DNA of 64,000 bases from Octopus vulgaris. Lineage: Eukaryota. A program made the position numbers and the translations under genes. Under the pieces are notes generated by a model that worked only from the letters and a program-made list of their open reading frames with translations, was not told the DNA's origin and ran no database searches. This document shows, piece after piece, positions 13,291 through 26,349 of the stretch. The stretch covers positions 3,286,001-3,350,000 of the forward strand of contig OX597829.1 in NCBI GenBank assembly GCA_951406725.2, in the 5' to 3' direction. The stretch's first letter is position 1, and each line of letters starts with the position of its first letter.

Positions 13291-13851
13291 TATAAGTACC
13301 AGTTCATTGTCAATTGTACATGATAGTTGAAATACTTTATCAAGAAGTTGCGGCAATGATGTAGAGATGGTTGCGGTACATGTCATACGTGAAGTTGTGG
13401 CTGTGATGCTGCAGCCTAGGTCACTTTGTACAGGAGTTCTCACAGGTTGTATATTCATTGTTGATCCATGATGAAGTAATTCACGAACAGTGCAGTGTTG
13501 TAACCTGGGCAAGTACGTAGAGAGATGTTGATGTTAGGACAAATGGTGGCGACGGAGATGGAGGTCACCAAAGTTAGTGAATCTTCATGTGGCTACTGTC
13601 ATGTTGTCGTTGGAACTGGCTGTGTCTTGTGTGGTCAGTGGCTAGACCTTAAAAGGTCTGGAACTGAAAGACATCAAGATGAGGAGAAGCTGGAGTTTTA
13701 TAAGAAGTTGTAGGCTCAAAGCTGGGTAGAAAACAAACTGTCATATGTGACCTTATTTGAAGGCTGTGATTGGTTGGGTTGCATATTGGTGTGTGATAGA
13801 GCAAGAGACAAATTGTGCCAATACCAGCCAATCAGAGTAGTGGACACAACA
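13291..13851 (-). mobile_element. Truncated solo-LTR-like element with CCAAT and TATA boxes
   Basis: Minus strand starts TGTTG at 13851; CCAAT motifs; TATAAAA at 13702-13696; terminus, CCAAT and TATA spacing match 48723-48915. Confidence 0.65.
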
Positions 13852-14099
13852 GGGTCCAAAATGCAGGCAAAGGTTAGCTGTTATTTACTATGTTCATTTG
13901 TATGTATATATAATAGAGAGGAGAATTAAAGTCTATAAAATTTAGCTTCAGTGGTCTTTGATGCTCAGCACACTCAACAATGATATATCTGAATGGGAAC
14001 ATTTGTTCAGTGCAGGATCAGCTGTTACAAAGCCTCTTTTGGGCTGTTTAGAAGCACTTTGCAGAGAGGCAGTTTGGTTTTGTGCTAGGGAAAAGCAGC

Positions 14100-15420
14100 A
14101 CTCATAGTCATTCAGACCATAACTGATGAATTCATAACTGTCTTCCCCTAGGTGTTTCCCTATGATGATGTACTTGTTCTTATAGTTGAATCTATTGTAG
14201 AATTACAGAAGAAATTTTAGGTGTTGAAGCAAGGCCTGGAATGAAAGGGTCTTACAGTTAATTTAGCAAAGACTAATTACTAGTAAGCAATAAGCAAACT
14301 ACTAATCCATTCAGAGAAATGGCCCTGCTCGATATATAGGAAAGGTGTAGGTAGAAATTCCATATTGTGTAGCAAGTGCAAGCTATGAACACTTAACAGA
14401 AAAGTAGTCTTTGTGTTTGGCAGATGTGAATGCACAATAAATGCTAACAACACACAGGAAATAGATTCTTTCAAATGCTCAGGAGGATCCTTAAAGGTAG
14501 TTGATAGTTTCTGTTACTTCAGTGACCTAATTTGCAATGGTGGAGTGTATTCTGAAAGTGTAGCAATTAGATTCAGGTTGAGGAAAGTTCAGAGAGCTAA
14601 TAACTTTATGGTTAACAAAGGACCCCTCCCTTAGAGTAAAAGGCAGATTGTACAATGTTTGTGTGTGAGCAGCTAAGTTATATGGTGACTAAGTGACTGC
14701 AGAGGACAGACAAAGGCTGGAAAGAAATTAAGCCAGCATGCTTCACTGGATATACAATGTCATTGTGCATGTGTATTACAAGGGGTAGATAATGTGTTTA
14801 GAAACAAATTGGGTAAAAGAGGCATCCCTTGTGCTGTGCAAGCGAGAAGGCTGCATAGGTATAATCATGTGATGCATATGGATGAAAACAGGTGCATAAT
14901 GAAGTACCTATCCCTAAATGTGAATGGAACTTGTGGAAGAGAGAGAGAGAGAGCCAGGGAGACATGGGACAAAGGGGTGAGAAATGACTTTTAGATGTTC
15001 AACCCCACAGAGGAGACCATGAGGGATCAAGACGATAAGCAGTTTGCTGTGCTTGAAAAGACCCATCCAACTAAGTAAGACATTCATGCCTGTGTCCCTC
15101 TTCCCTACAACTCATTTTCCTAATACAATTCCTCCCTCTACCCATGTTTCCCACTCACTGCATTCTGCTCAACTCTACTTCCCACTCTCCTTTCACATTC
15201 ACACAAACTTTCCTGTTCATTCACCCTATCAATTCCTCTCTACTGTGCTTTACATTTATACCCCTCCTGGTAATTTGAGAGTATGCCTTTACACATCTTC
15301 CTCACCATCTTCTCTCTTCTTTTCCAACTGGGTAGCCATATATCTCCTCTACTGTGAGACAGCCATTTCTAGCCCTCAATCCATAACCTAGCCTCTCCAT
15401 CACCTGGCACTAAGCCTCCC
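14100..15420 (+). pseudogene. Old decayed RTE LINE 3' half plus 3' UTR
   Basis: KWPCSI, VFVFGRC, VVDSFCY, YNHVMHMDEN remnants colinear with 26350-27668. Confidence 0.8.
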
Positions 15421-17728
15421 TCAATATTACTTTCCCTGCAATGAAGGGTCCTATCTTTCAAATCACTTGGTGACTTCATTAGTGCTGGTGCTACATAAAA
15501 AAAATTGTATGTGTTCATACAAAAAGGTACATGTGTATATGTTTGTGTATGTGTGTATGTGTATGTTTATGTATATTTGTATATTTGTGTCTCCTTGTCT
15601 TGACATTGTGTGACAGCTGTAAATGAGTGTCACTATCAAACAAATGGTGTCCTTCGTTTCCAATCTTTTGCAAAAATATATTCGGCCACGGGGAATTAGT
15701 TTGCACAAAAACAGGTGAGGGAGGTCATCCAATCCTATAAAATCTGCCTCGACGAATTCCGTCTGACTCATGCAAGCATGGAAAAATGGCCGTTAAAACG
15801 ATGATAATGATGACAAAGACAACGACGATGACGACGACGATAGGGATGATGACAATGGTGATTATGATGATCACAAGAGTAGTGGTGGTGATGGTGGTGG
15901 TGTATTGTCAACGACGATGATGTTACACATAGGCAAAATCACCAGATAAATACAATCATTCATGTTCAATCATTCATTAAAAGACAAATCACGATATAAG
16001 ATACCAGTTGTTCCTTTTCAGTAACTCTCATTTAGTAATTTTAATTTAAAAAATTAATATCTTGTAGGAAGGGTAATATATATGCTTAAAATTGTTTAAA
16101 GTAAAATTTACGATAATATTCTGTAAAATTTCGTAGCTGTGTACGATCATTTCAGAAAAAGAATTTTCACTCGACACTTGATTCGTTTTAATTAATATCT
16201 TCTGTATCTTTGTTTGATTAAATTTACAATAATTTTTATTTAGAAGAGAAAATACGCAAATCTATTTATAATAATTTTTTTTCCGCCGTGAAAAGCGTTA
16301 CAAATTTGTCCAAAGATATGGGTCACTCTAACCCATTTATTAATTTGCTAAGTTTTTGTTGTACCTCAGAGCCACAACAAACCTTTGTTCTTTCTCTCAG
16401 ACTTTAAATTAATTTCTTTATCAATAATTACTTCAAGGGAGGTATTTATAGGTATCTGTGAGGATTTTTTTTTTTGAGAATTTTATTTCAGGTAATATAA
16501 AACAATTCCTTTTTATTCGGAAATTTAGTTATTTTGTTGTATAAAATTATTAACACATTATAACTAAACTGTAACATTAAAAAAAAAGTATTTAAAAAAA
16601 TTCTTCCTTAATTTGGTGATTCTAACAGCACAATTCCAAAGCAAATTAAAATTTCAAAGTTTGATAGACAACAAGATATCACATTCTGACATATATAATG
16701 AAGATAATAGCAGGTAAAATTGTCCAATTGTTCAAAATAGGACAATGAGGCCTTATTTTTTAAAGAAATTTCTTCAGTTACTCAGTAAAGACCGGCAATT
16801 GGCAGGAAGAGCAGAGTTTAAATAAATGCCTAAGAATATTGAATTTTATTGATCTGGGTTCAAATTACGTCTAGATCGCACTTTGCCTTTCATTCTTTCA
16901 GAACCAGTTGAGCAGTGAGGTCGATGTGACTCCTTTGGTATTTCTAGCTTTTCACCAAAATTTGAAACCATTATCAAATGTCCTAAATTTTAATTCCACC
17001 AAAGTACGAATGCCTTTAATGGGAGTCGAAATAACAGTGTTAAAAGTGCTACACTTCATTTAAATACCGTAAGTAATAAAGTAAATAAATGATATTTTAA
17101 AACATATTTGACTTTGGACGAAATGACAACTCAATTACATTTGCAATTAGGGTGAGGTGGGGGGGGAGGTCACAGTATGTATGTGTGCGTATGAGTGTGT
17201 GTGTGTGTGGACGCATGTGCGTGTGTGTATGTAATGTAACAATATCAAGGGATAAGTTTTTCTAGTTAATTTTTTTTCGGATTTTATCTTTTCTGTAACT
17301 TTTTGCAATGACTTTTCATAAGATATTTTAGACTTTCCTGCGACTTTTCAGTGATTTTCTGTGGCTTATTTCTTTTATACTATTTCCAATTTTTTTTCCT
17401 TGTAGTTGCTTTGATTTTTTCTATGACCTTACCCATGTAAGCTTTTTTCCTCTCAAGTCGTTTACCCAAAATTTAATATAATAAATTCTATAGAATGTCG
17501 TTCTTTCCCACAGAAATATTTTCTAAAACAAATTTATTTTATTTTCTGAAGTAAAGATTTAATGAATAGCCAAATTCTTTGATAAAAATTAATATCGTCA
17601 GAAGTTAGATTTCCACAAGATTGGCAAAAATATGAAATTGATTCAGTTTCTCTTATCAGTAAGTTAAAAAAAAATGCAGGAAAATGCAGGTTGGAAAGAA
17701 GTTCCAGTTGAATTGGGAGAAGACTGGT

Positions 17729-18330
17729 TGACAATTCCCTCTACTTAACCTTGAATCTACCTGCCAACTCCTTTCTGTTAACCATTGAACCAATTATCAT
17801 ATTTTAACCTCTGATTTCTTCAATGTCTCATACTTAAAATTCCTCCAATAACTTATGACAGTCCATTCTAGCCTAGGATGAAAGTCAGAGAGGAAGACGT
17901 CATGTAGGACCTGAAGAGCAGAGGATAATGTATTTTCAGAATAGGGGACAGTGTATGTATAGAACAGTTTGTAGTGCATTTGTAGGTCTCTTTATTAATG
18001 AGCACTTTGCTAATTAGTTTAGAGGAATATAGGATGTTGGTGAGTGAGTGTTTGTTAGTCAGCAATGTGACACACAACTAGTTACTTCAGAGGAACAGGG
18101 GAAGTTAGCAGTGGAATTGACAGAACAAAGAGACAGACTGCATGGGGGAAAAGTCTGTCGTGCGTTACATAGTTATATCTAACATGTGTGTGTGTGTATG
18201 TCATAAGTTATTGTAGGAATTTTAAGTATGAGACATAGAAAAAATCAGAAGTTAAAATATGATAACTGGTTCACTGGTTAACAGAAAGGAGTTGGCAGGT
18301 AGATTCAAGGTTAAGTAGAGAGAATTGTCT
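17729..18330. repeat. About 130-bp inverted repeat with about 340-bp spacer (MITE or foldback-like)
   Basis: 17729-17860 is the reverse complement of 18199-18330 with few mismatches. Confidence 0.8.
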
Positions 18331-18825
18331 ATCAGAATATTTCTTGTCACTTCACATCCACAAAATTTGGGCTTCAGACTCATTGTGTGACACCTTTGGT
18401 AAGTGTCTTCTATTCTAGCCCCAATCAGAACCCAATCCTAGTAAGTCAACTGTTTGGCATTCTCACCTTGTTTGTGTTTTTCTTCCAAGTGTTGATTCAC
18501 AAAAGTTCAAGAGGAACATTAATGGCACCAATCTTATTAGTCTCATAGAATCTCACTGATCTTGGAAGTTGTGCCCCATTTGCCAGACACGGCAAGTGAA
18601 AAATAAAAGAACAGAAAAAGAAAAGAATCATAAAGTCTTTGATCAATGAAGTTCTTTTTTGATCAGTTTGGGTGGACGAGAATGAGTGGGACACATAAAA
18701 GAGTTTGCAGAAGGTTTGTAATTTAAATGTCTTGTTAGCAATATTTTAGATTATTTTAAGAATATGAATAATAGATTTTGGATTGGAATACATCATAGAG
18801 TGAACATTCAGTCTGGTCTTATGGA

Positions 18826-18935
18826 TTGTCATCATCATCATCATCATCGCCGCCGCCACCATCACCATCACCATCATCATCATCATCATCATCATCATCA
18901 CCACCACCACCACCACCATCATAATCACCATCACC

Positions 18936-18987
<52 letters not shown>

Positions 18988-19072
18988 CCACCACCATCAT
19001 CACCATCACCAACATCACCACCATCACCATCATCATCATCGCCATCATCATCATCATCATCACCATCATCAT
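18826..19072. repeat. (CAT/CAC)n mosaic microsatellite, the expanded tail of a minus-strand RTE-tail repeat
   Basis: Runs directly into tttaacgtctgtcttccatg, the reverse complement of the RTE 3' terminus. Confidence 0.9.
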
Positions 19073-20037
19073 TTAACGTCTGTCTTCCATGTTGGCATGG
19101 GTTCAACAGTTTGACAAGAGCTGGTCACCCTGGAAACTGCGCCAAAATCCACTGTCTGCTTTGGAATAATTTTACAACTGGATACCCTTCCTAATGGTGA
19201 TAATGGTGGCAGTGATGGAGGTGGTGGCGGCGGTGGTGGTAATGGTGGTGGTTGTGGTTGTGGTGGTGGTGGTGATGAAACCATAATATGCCTGCAAAAG
19301 TGGTGAGTGTGCTAGGGTTGGTATTGTTAGTTCTTTTTACAAAACAGCGTTTTCACAGTTGTGATTACCAAGACAGCCAAATGCAAGTATTTACTGGCCG
19401 TCACACTTCACTGCTTTATGTCCTGATACTCAAACTGACTGTTGGTCAAGCTCTCTGCATCTTTTCTTTTCAGATTTGGCCTCTTTTTACAGAGATCCAG
19501 GACAAATCTGAATGGATAGATCTGTGGTGAAATCATCACTCAAATATATGGAACATGTTTACATATAATTTCATTGGTCACATTTTTGTTGATGTCATTA
19601 CTTAATTTCAATGATCCTTTTACTGTTTATGAAATTTTTGCCATTGGAAAACAAACAGTTCAGGTTCAAACTAAGACAGAAACTTACTACAAATGTACAG
19701 TAATGTGAAATAATATATAGTCTATTATTGCAGTAATAGAAGAGCCAAAAAGAGAAAAGTGGATGGCAATAAGCCAAAAACTGAAGAATTATTGTTTTAT
19801 TTTTGTACTACAAAGGGTTCATTGGTCAAGGAAATAATTTGGTTAACTAAATGAGGAAAGTAGGTACCAGTGTCTGTTCTAAAATTATATTTTCCTTTCT
19901 GTTTTTCATTTATTTTCTTGCTTCATTTTTCAGATGTATATATATTTATGCATATGCAGATGTACATATGTATGTATATAAATATTTGTATTATATAATA
20001 TATATATATATATATGTATACATATACATATACATAC

Positions 20038-21500
20038 ATCATCATCATCATTTAACGTCCGCTTTCCATGCTAGCATGGGTTGGACGGTTCAACTCGGGT
20101 CTGGGCAGCCCGAAGGCTGCACCAGGCCCAGTCAGATCTGGCAGTGTTTCTACAGCTGGATGCCACCGACACAGGTGCCAGACGAGACTGGCGAACGGCC
20201 ACGCCCGGATGGTGCTTTTTACGTGCCACCAGCACGGAGGCCAGGCGAGGCTGGCAACAGCCATGATCGGATGGTGTTTGTTACGTACCACCGGCACGGA
20301 TGCCAGGCGATGCGGCACTGGCTACGGCCACGTTCGGATGGTTCCCTTACGTGCCACCGGCACTGGTATCACGGCTACAAATTCCATTGATGTTGATCGA
20401 TTTCGATTTTGATTTTCACTTGCCTCAACAGGTCTTCACAAGTAGAGCTTTGTGTCCCAAGAAGAAAGGTATGCACTGGTGGACTGACTATGTCCCATGT
20501 AGAGGTCACAGGTTATGGCCTCACTTGTCCTGCCGGGTCTTCTCACGCACAGCATACTTCCAAAGGTCTCGTTCTCTGGTCATTTCCTCGGTGAGACCTA
20601 AAGAGCAAAGGTCGTGCTTCACCACCTCGTCCCAGGTTTTCCTAGGTCTACCTCTTCAACATGTTCCCTCAACTGCTAGGGTGTGGCACTTTTTCACACA
20701 ACTATCTTCATCCATTCTTACCACATGTCCATACCAGTGTAGACAACTCTCTTGCACACCATATCTGATGCTTCTTAGGCCCAACCTTTCTCTCAAGGTA
20801 TTTACACTCTGTCAGGTATGAACACTGACATTACATATCCATCGGAGCATACTGGCTTCATTTCTTGCAAGCTTACACATATCCTCAGCAGTCACAGCCC
20901 ATGCTTCACTGCCATGAAGCATGGCTGTTCGTACACATGCGTCATATAGTCTGCCTTTTACTCTGAACGAGAGGCTTTTGTCACCAGCAGAGGTAAGAGC
21001 TCTCTGAACTTTGCCCAGGCTATTCTTACTCTAGCAGTTACACTTTCAGCACACCTGCCCCTGCTACTGACTTGATCACCTAAGTAATGGAAGCTATCAA
21101 CTATTTCTAGTTTTTCTCCCTGGAAAGTGACGGAAGTTGGTCTCAGCATTTTCAGTGTTTATTGCTCCTGAGCATCTGCCACATACAAAAACTATCTTCC
21201 TAGTTAGCCTTCCTTTGACATTGCTGCACCTCTTATGTGTCCATAGCTTACACTTGGTGCATCTTATAGAGTTTCTACCTACATCTTTTCTACAGATTGA
21301 GCAGCGCCATCTACCTGAAGGCATTTGTGATTTGTCTACCTTCCAGCTTATTAGGACTTTGGTTTTAGCTAGGTTGACTCTAAGGCCCTTTGATTCTAAT
21401 CCTTGCTTCCACACCTGAAACTTCTCCTCCAGTTCTGATAGTGACTCAGCAATTAGAGCAAGGTCATCAGCATAGAGGAGCTCCCAGGGGCATCCTGTCT
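20038..21500 (-). pseudogene. 5'-truncated RTE LINE (RT C-terminus, PHD-like finger, 3' UTR, (GAT)n tail)
   Basis: [37 protein letters not shown]; near-identical to 26690-28392. Confidence 0.92.
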
Positions 21501-21504
21501 TAAA

Positions 21505-21660
<156 letters not shown>

Positions 21661-21849
21661 TACAAAGTGAGATAGGGGTTATGAGTGTAACCCACTATGG
21701 GATATCAGTTATCCAATATACTGCTGGTAAAGTACCCAAATACTAAATACATAAATGCTTTTAATTGCAATGCAATTAATTCATTTATTGTATTGAATGG
21801 GTGAAGGTAAAAAATATTTTACCGTAAATACAAATAAGAAAATTGCTGC

Positions 21850-22137
21850 CTAACTCAGATACCAGGAAACCCCAAAATGGTAGAAATTCAAAAGATAGTG
21901 CTCATGGGAACTGCTCGTATCCTACGCAAAATACTTTCTATGTAATCTCAAGTTTTAAAACAAGCATACTTTTCTTGTGGTTTCTTAAACATTCACTAGT
22001 ACAACACTAAGTACAAAACCAAATATATGACACCCTCGGCATAACACCAGCATGAACTTTAAACTTGTTGTCTCTTGAGGTCTCTGGGTGAGACTTGGAG
22101 TCAACTTGTACAAATGTAAAGCAAAAGTCAAACATAC
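21850..22137 (+). pseudogene. 3' end of an R4/Dong-like RLE non-LTR retrotransposon
   Basis: LTQIPGNPKMVEIQKIVLMGTARILRKILSM* (stop ends at 21945) resembles the R4/Dong C-terminus; followed by a 3' UTR and (AAT)n. Confidence 0.7.
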
Positions 22138-22178
<41 letters not shown>

Positions 22179-22210
22179 TAATAATAATAATGATAATAAT
22201 AATAATGATG

Positions 22211-22253
<43 letters not shown>

Positions 22254-22345
22254 TAATAATGATAATAATGATAATAATAATAATAATGATGATAATAATA
22301 ATAATATTAATAATAATAATGATAATAATAATAATGATAATAATG

Positions 22346-22394
<49 letters not shown>

Positions 22395-22395
22395 T
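22137..22395. repeat. (AAT)n microsatellite
   Basis: Direct observation. Confidence 0.95.
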
Positions 22396-22447
22396 AACAT
22401 CAGAAAAATACCTTAGGAATGAGAACTCAGGTTTGAAATTTCCCCAG

Positions 22448-22493
22448 GACACCTGATGAAAGCTGGAGAGTACATCAGCCGAAACATTGTGTT
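22448..22493 (+). ncRNA. Minimal type I hammerhead ribozyme motif
   Basis: GACAC-CTGATGA-aa-GCTG..CAGC-c-GAA-ACAT-T-GTGTT: stem I, core and stem II present. Confidence 0.7.
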
Positions 22494-23328
22494 AACAACA
22501 AACAAAATGAGGACAAATATCCATCAAATGTAAATAATGTAAATAAGGTTAGAGTGTGACAAAGAGACAAAGAAGCAGAAACAAGTGTCCTGGGGGTATT
22601 GGAGGATCTGGTGTCAAATGATGAACAGCTAGGGCATGACAGAGAAACAGAGAGGCAGAAACAGGTGTCTTGCTATAAAGGAGTTACATGGTTACCTGGG
22701 GAGAGAGAGAGTGGGGGTATGAGAAATTGGACAGAAACAGGTGTTACCTAGTCAGAGGGAAAAGCAATAGAAGGAGAGAGAGAGAATTTTTTTATTCACC
22801 ATAAGGTTGAGAAAAAGAGGGGACGATACGAGGACAGACAAAACAAACGTTGGGGTCAGGGTATTGAATGAGACGAAACATATGAATAAACAAACAATTA
22901 AAATATATGCAATTAAATGAGAATGAGTGATTAACAAAAAATGAAGTGGAGGACGCAGTTGACCCCACAAACCACAAACTCACACTGAAGACTTTGCTTT
23001 CTCCTTTTTTATATTCTCGTTTAAACAGGTTCTTTCACTAGCAACATATTTCCTATAGACTTCCATCTTTTACGAAACGCACTTTGCGACAGGCATTTTT
23101 TCTCCAGCCTTATTTTCCGTTTCATAGAGTGATCAAGAATGAGGGCAGAAATAGATGTGCTGCTGTAGAGGAGATACATGGCTATCCAGTCGGAAGGAAA
23201 AGCCAGAGAGAGAGAGAAACAGCAAAAGTGCAAGAGAGAGCAGGAGAGAGAGATGGTGATGAAGTGCCAGGGCATATTCACAAGTAACAAGGAACAGAGC
23301 ATAGATGGGATGGTCACTTACACATCAA

Positions 23329-23548
23329 CCCTTTAGCATTTAATCTGGCCATATCCAACCCAAAAGCTCTAGCTTTGTTATGCTCAAACTGGTCAAATCT
23401 ACTCTCTCACACCTCTCCTACAATGTCATTCAAAAATTAAACAATCACATCATCAAAATCTCAAAGCTATGAGATAATCCATAATTAATTTAAAGCAATG
23501 TGAATAAATAAGGATTAGATTTAACAGAATAATCTGAATGCTAAAGGG
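23329..23548. mobile_element. piggyBac-like MITE
   Basis: TIR ccctttagcatt/aatgctaaaggg with degenerate TTAA flanks; second copy at 31817-32028. Confidence 0.7.
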
Positions 23549-24377
23549 TTATACACAAAGGTAAAATTGTAGAATCCAGAAAATTGGTGGAGGTCAAAGT
23601 ATTAGAAAAAAATTGTATTTATTTTTATAAAGTGTTACAGTTTTTGTTTAAATTCATTTTTCAGTAGGAAAAGAACATCCAATATTTCTTGTCGTGGTGC
23701 AAGAAAAAGTGCTGTTTGTTTTCAGTCCACAAATGTATAGTTGACAGAATAGATTATGGCAGAAAATAGTAGGGATTTAAAACCTTAGCTGCTCCATGCT
23801 GCATATGAAAGTAGTGAAAGAGAGAATGGTGACAGGAAGGAGAAATGAAGAGAACTTAGGATAGAGTGAGATTGAAGGATGGAAGTAAAAAATAGTGTGA
23901 GAGGGAAGGGGAGGTAATATTGGTCATTTCAAGGAAGGGAGGTCAGTGACCGAACTAGGCGGTTTGTCAATGGCATTATTCAAATATATTTGGATGTACA
24001 CAGATGCATAAGAATAAATATCTAGAGTAAGGCAACTGGTTAGAATACATTTGTGCATAGGCACTAACAGACACCTGCACATATGCGTACACACACACAC
24101 ACATGCACACATACTTATATGCAAACATGCATACATTAAGTATATGTGGTTGATAATGTTTATTATGCTAGCGCTGCTTCTGTTTCATATTCAGATATAT
24201 ATGTGTGTGTGTGTGTGTGTGTATATAAGTTCAGCAAAATTTAGATTCAGATGAATATGGTACTTAAGTTAAAGGCACCAGAATTTGGTATGGTATTATC
24301 CATATAAATCAAATGGAGTGATTATAATCAAAATAGGCAACAAGGATCTACCTTGGATATCCTTGTTGCTTATTTTG

Positions 24378-24422
<45 letters not shown>

Positions 24423-24625
24423 TATATATAGTAATAATAACAATAATCCTTGGATTATTCTTATTATTGCAGTATTTATCCTGCATTATATCAGTACAGG
24501 TTGGTGCAACCTCAAAAAATTGGTTCACCAGTCAACATCATTAAACTGTAGCCACCATAATGGGATATGAGCTTTATTTGCATATTCAAAATGTTTCCCC
24601 CATAAACAAATTTAGATGCTATATA

Positions 24626-24661
<36 letters not shown>

Positions 24662-24721
24662 CTTAAGTTAAAGGCACCAGAATTTGGTATGGTATTATCC
24701 ATATAAATCAAATGGGATGAT

Positions 24722-24940
24722 TATAATCAAAATAAGCAACTAGGATATCCAAGGTAGAGTAGTACAATCGTTTCATGCTACTTCATTTTATTAAACAATG
24801 TAATTATTACATCAGTTTTAAAATGTAAAGCAATCTAAATTTTAAAACTGATGTAATACTTACAGTGTTTAATAAAATGAAGTAGCATGAAACGATTGTA
24901 CTACACTACCTTGGATATCCTAGTTGCTTCTTTTGATTAT
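24722..24940. repeat. Near-perfect foldback (about 100-bp arms) between (TA)n runs
   Basis: gcaactaggatatccaaggtag...ttttaaaat is mirrored by attttaaaa...ctaccttggatatcctagttgc. Confidence 0.85.
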
Positions 24941-26032
24941 ATATGTATATATATATATATATATATAAAAATTATATATATAAAATATATATATATATAA
25001 AAATATATATATAAAAATTAAATTAGAGATAAAACCACTATTAGGCAACTTAAACAGTGATAGACATAAACCAAAACATAAAAAACAAAAAATAAATATA
25101 ATTAATATAATATACAATATATATATATAAAATATAAAATTTAAAATAAAAATTTATATTTATAAATTTTATAAATGTTTATATTTTTATATTTTAAGTT
25201 TTAAATTTATAAATTTTTAAACTTTTAAACTTTTTTTTAAAACTAACCAAAAAGTATTAAAAAGTTTAATATAAGTAAAAACATATATATATATATATAT
25301 AATTTATATTATTATTTGAGTGAACACCATGCATCCATTTCCAGGTAAGTTTATTTTAATCTTTTTGATGCAACTCTACTCTATACTGTTTTCTCACCCA
25401 TTATTTTCTCTCTTATCCTTTTCTCTTGTTCCCTTTCTCTCCCCTTCATTGTTCTCTATCTGACACACTCTCTCTCTCCCTCCCCCTTTCTCATTTCCTC
25501 TCTCTCGTTGCTCACATGCGACCATCATCTATCTTTCTTTTCCTCACATGATCATCTTTCTTTTCTTTCAGGACTGTCCTAAGGACTGGACATATCCTAG
25601 CTCTCTCTTCTATCTTTTCTCTTGTCAAAGAAAATATTTCTCCATCGTTCACTATTTTACCCTCATTCTGGTCTAACAATCCTTTGAGTTTATTTTCATT
25701 TGGTTTCCTTGTGTGTCTCCACTGTCCTGCTTTTGTCCCCAATTTTGACCCTCAATAAATCCCAAATTTTATTTTGGTATTTATGGGAGCAACTGTCTTC
25801 GAAGACTCATATTGTCGTTCAATGCTCGAAATAAAGAATAGATGGGCAACCGACAACTGATGATGGGCCATTCTTTGTGTTACTTGTACTGTTTTCCATT
25901 TGTTTCTCTCGCTGTTTGCGTATTGAACTCATTTGTTTTCATATTTCATGTTTACTTTTGGTGACATCCTGTACTCATATATGCATGTGTAAATATATAT
26001 ATATATATATATAGATAGATAGATAGATATAG

Positions 26033-26065
<33 letters not shown>

Positions 26066-26071
26066 TGTATG

Positions 26072-26109
<38 letters not shown>

Positions 26110-26135
26110 TATAGATATATACATACATACATACA

Positions 26136-26167
<32 letters not shown>

Positions 26168-26292
26168 GATATATATATGCATATATATATATATTTATAT
26201 TATATTATTACTTGATTGAATGCAACGCATCCATTTCCAAGTAAGTTTATATATATATATGTATGTATGTATACACACACACACTCACATAT

Positions 26293-26336
<44 letters not shown>

Positions 26337-26349
26337 CCACACACATACG

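Noticed and set aside
18746-19114. Poly-His, poly-Met and poly-Asp ORFs
   Set aside because: Translations of a CAT/CAC microsatellite expanded from a LINE tail.
21985-22452. Poly-Ile, poly-Tyr and poly-Leu ORFs
   Set aside because: (AAT)n microsatellite artefact.
25790-25900. Hammerhead-like words (CTGATGA, GAAA) here and at 34680-34800
   Set aside because: Order and stems do not form a hammerhead in these copies.
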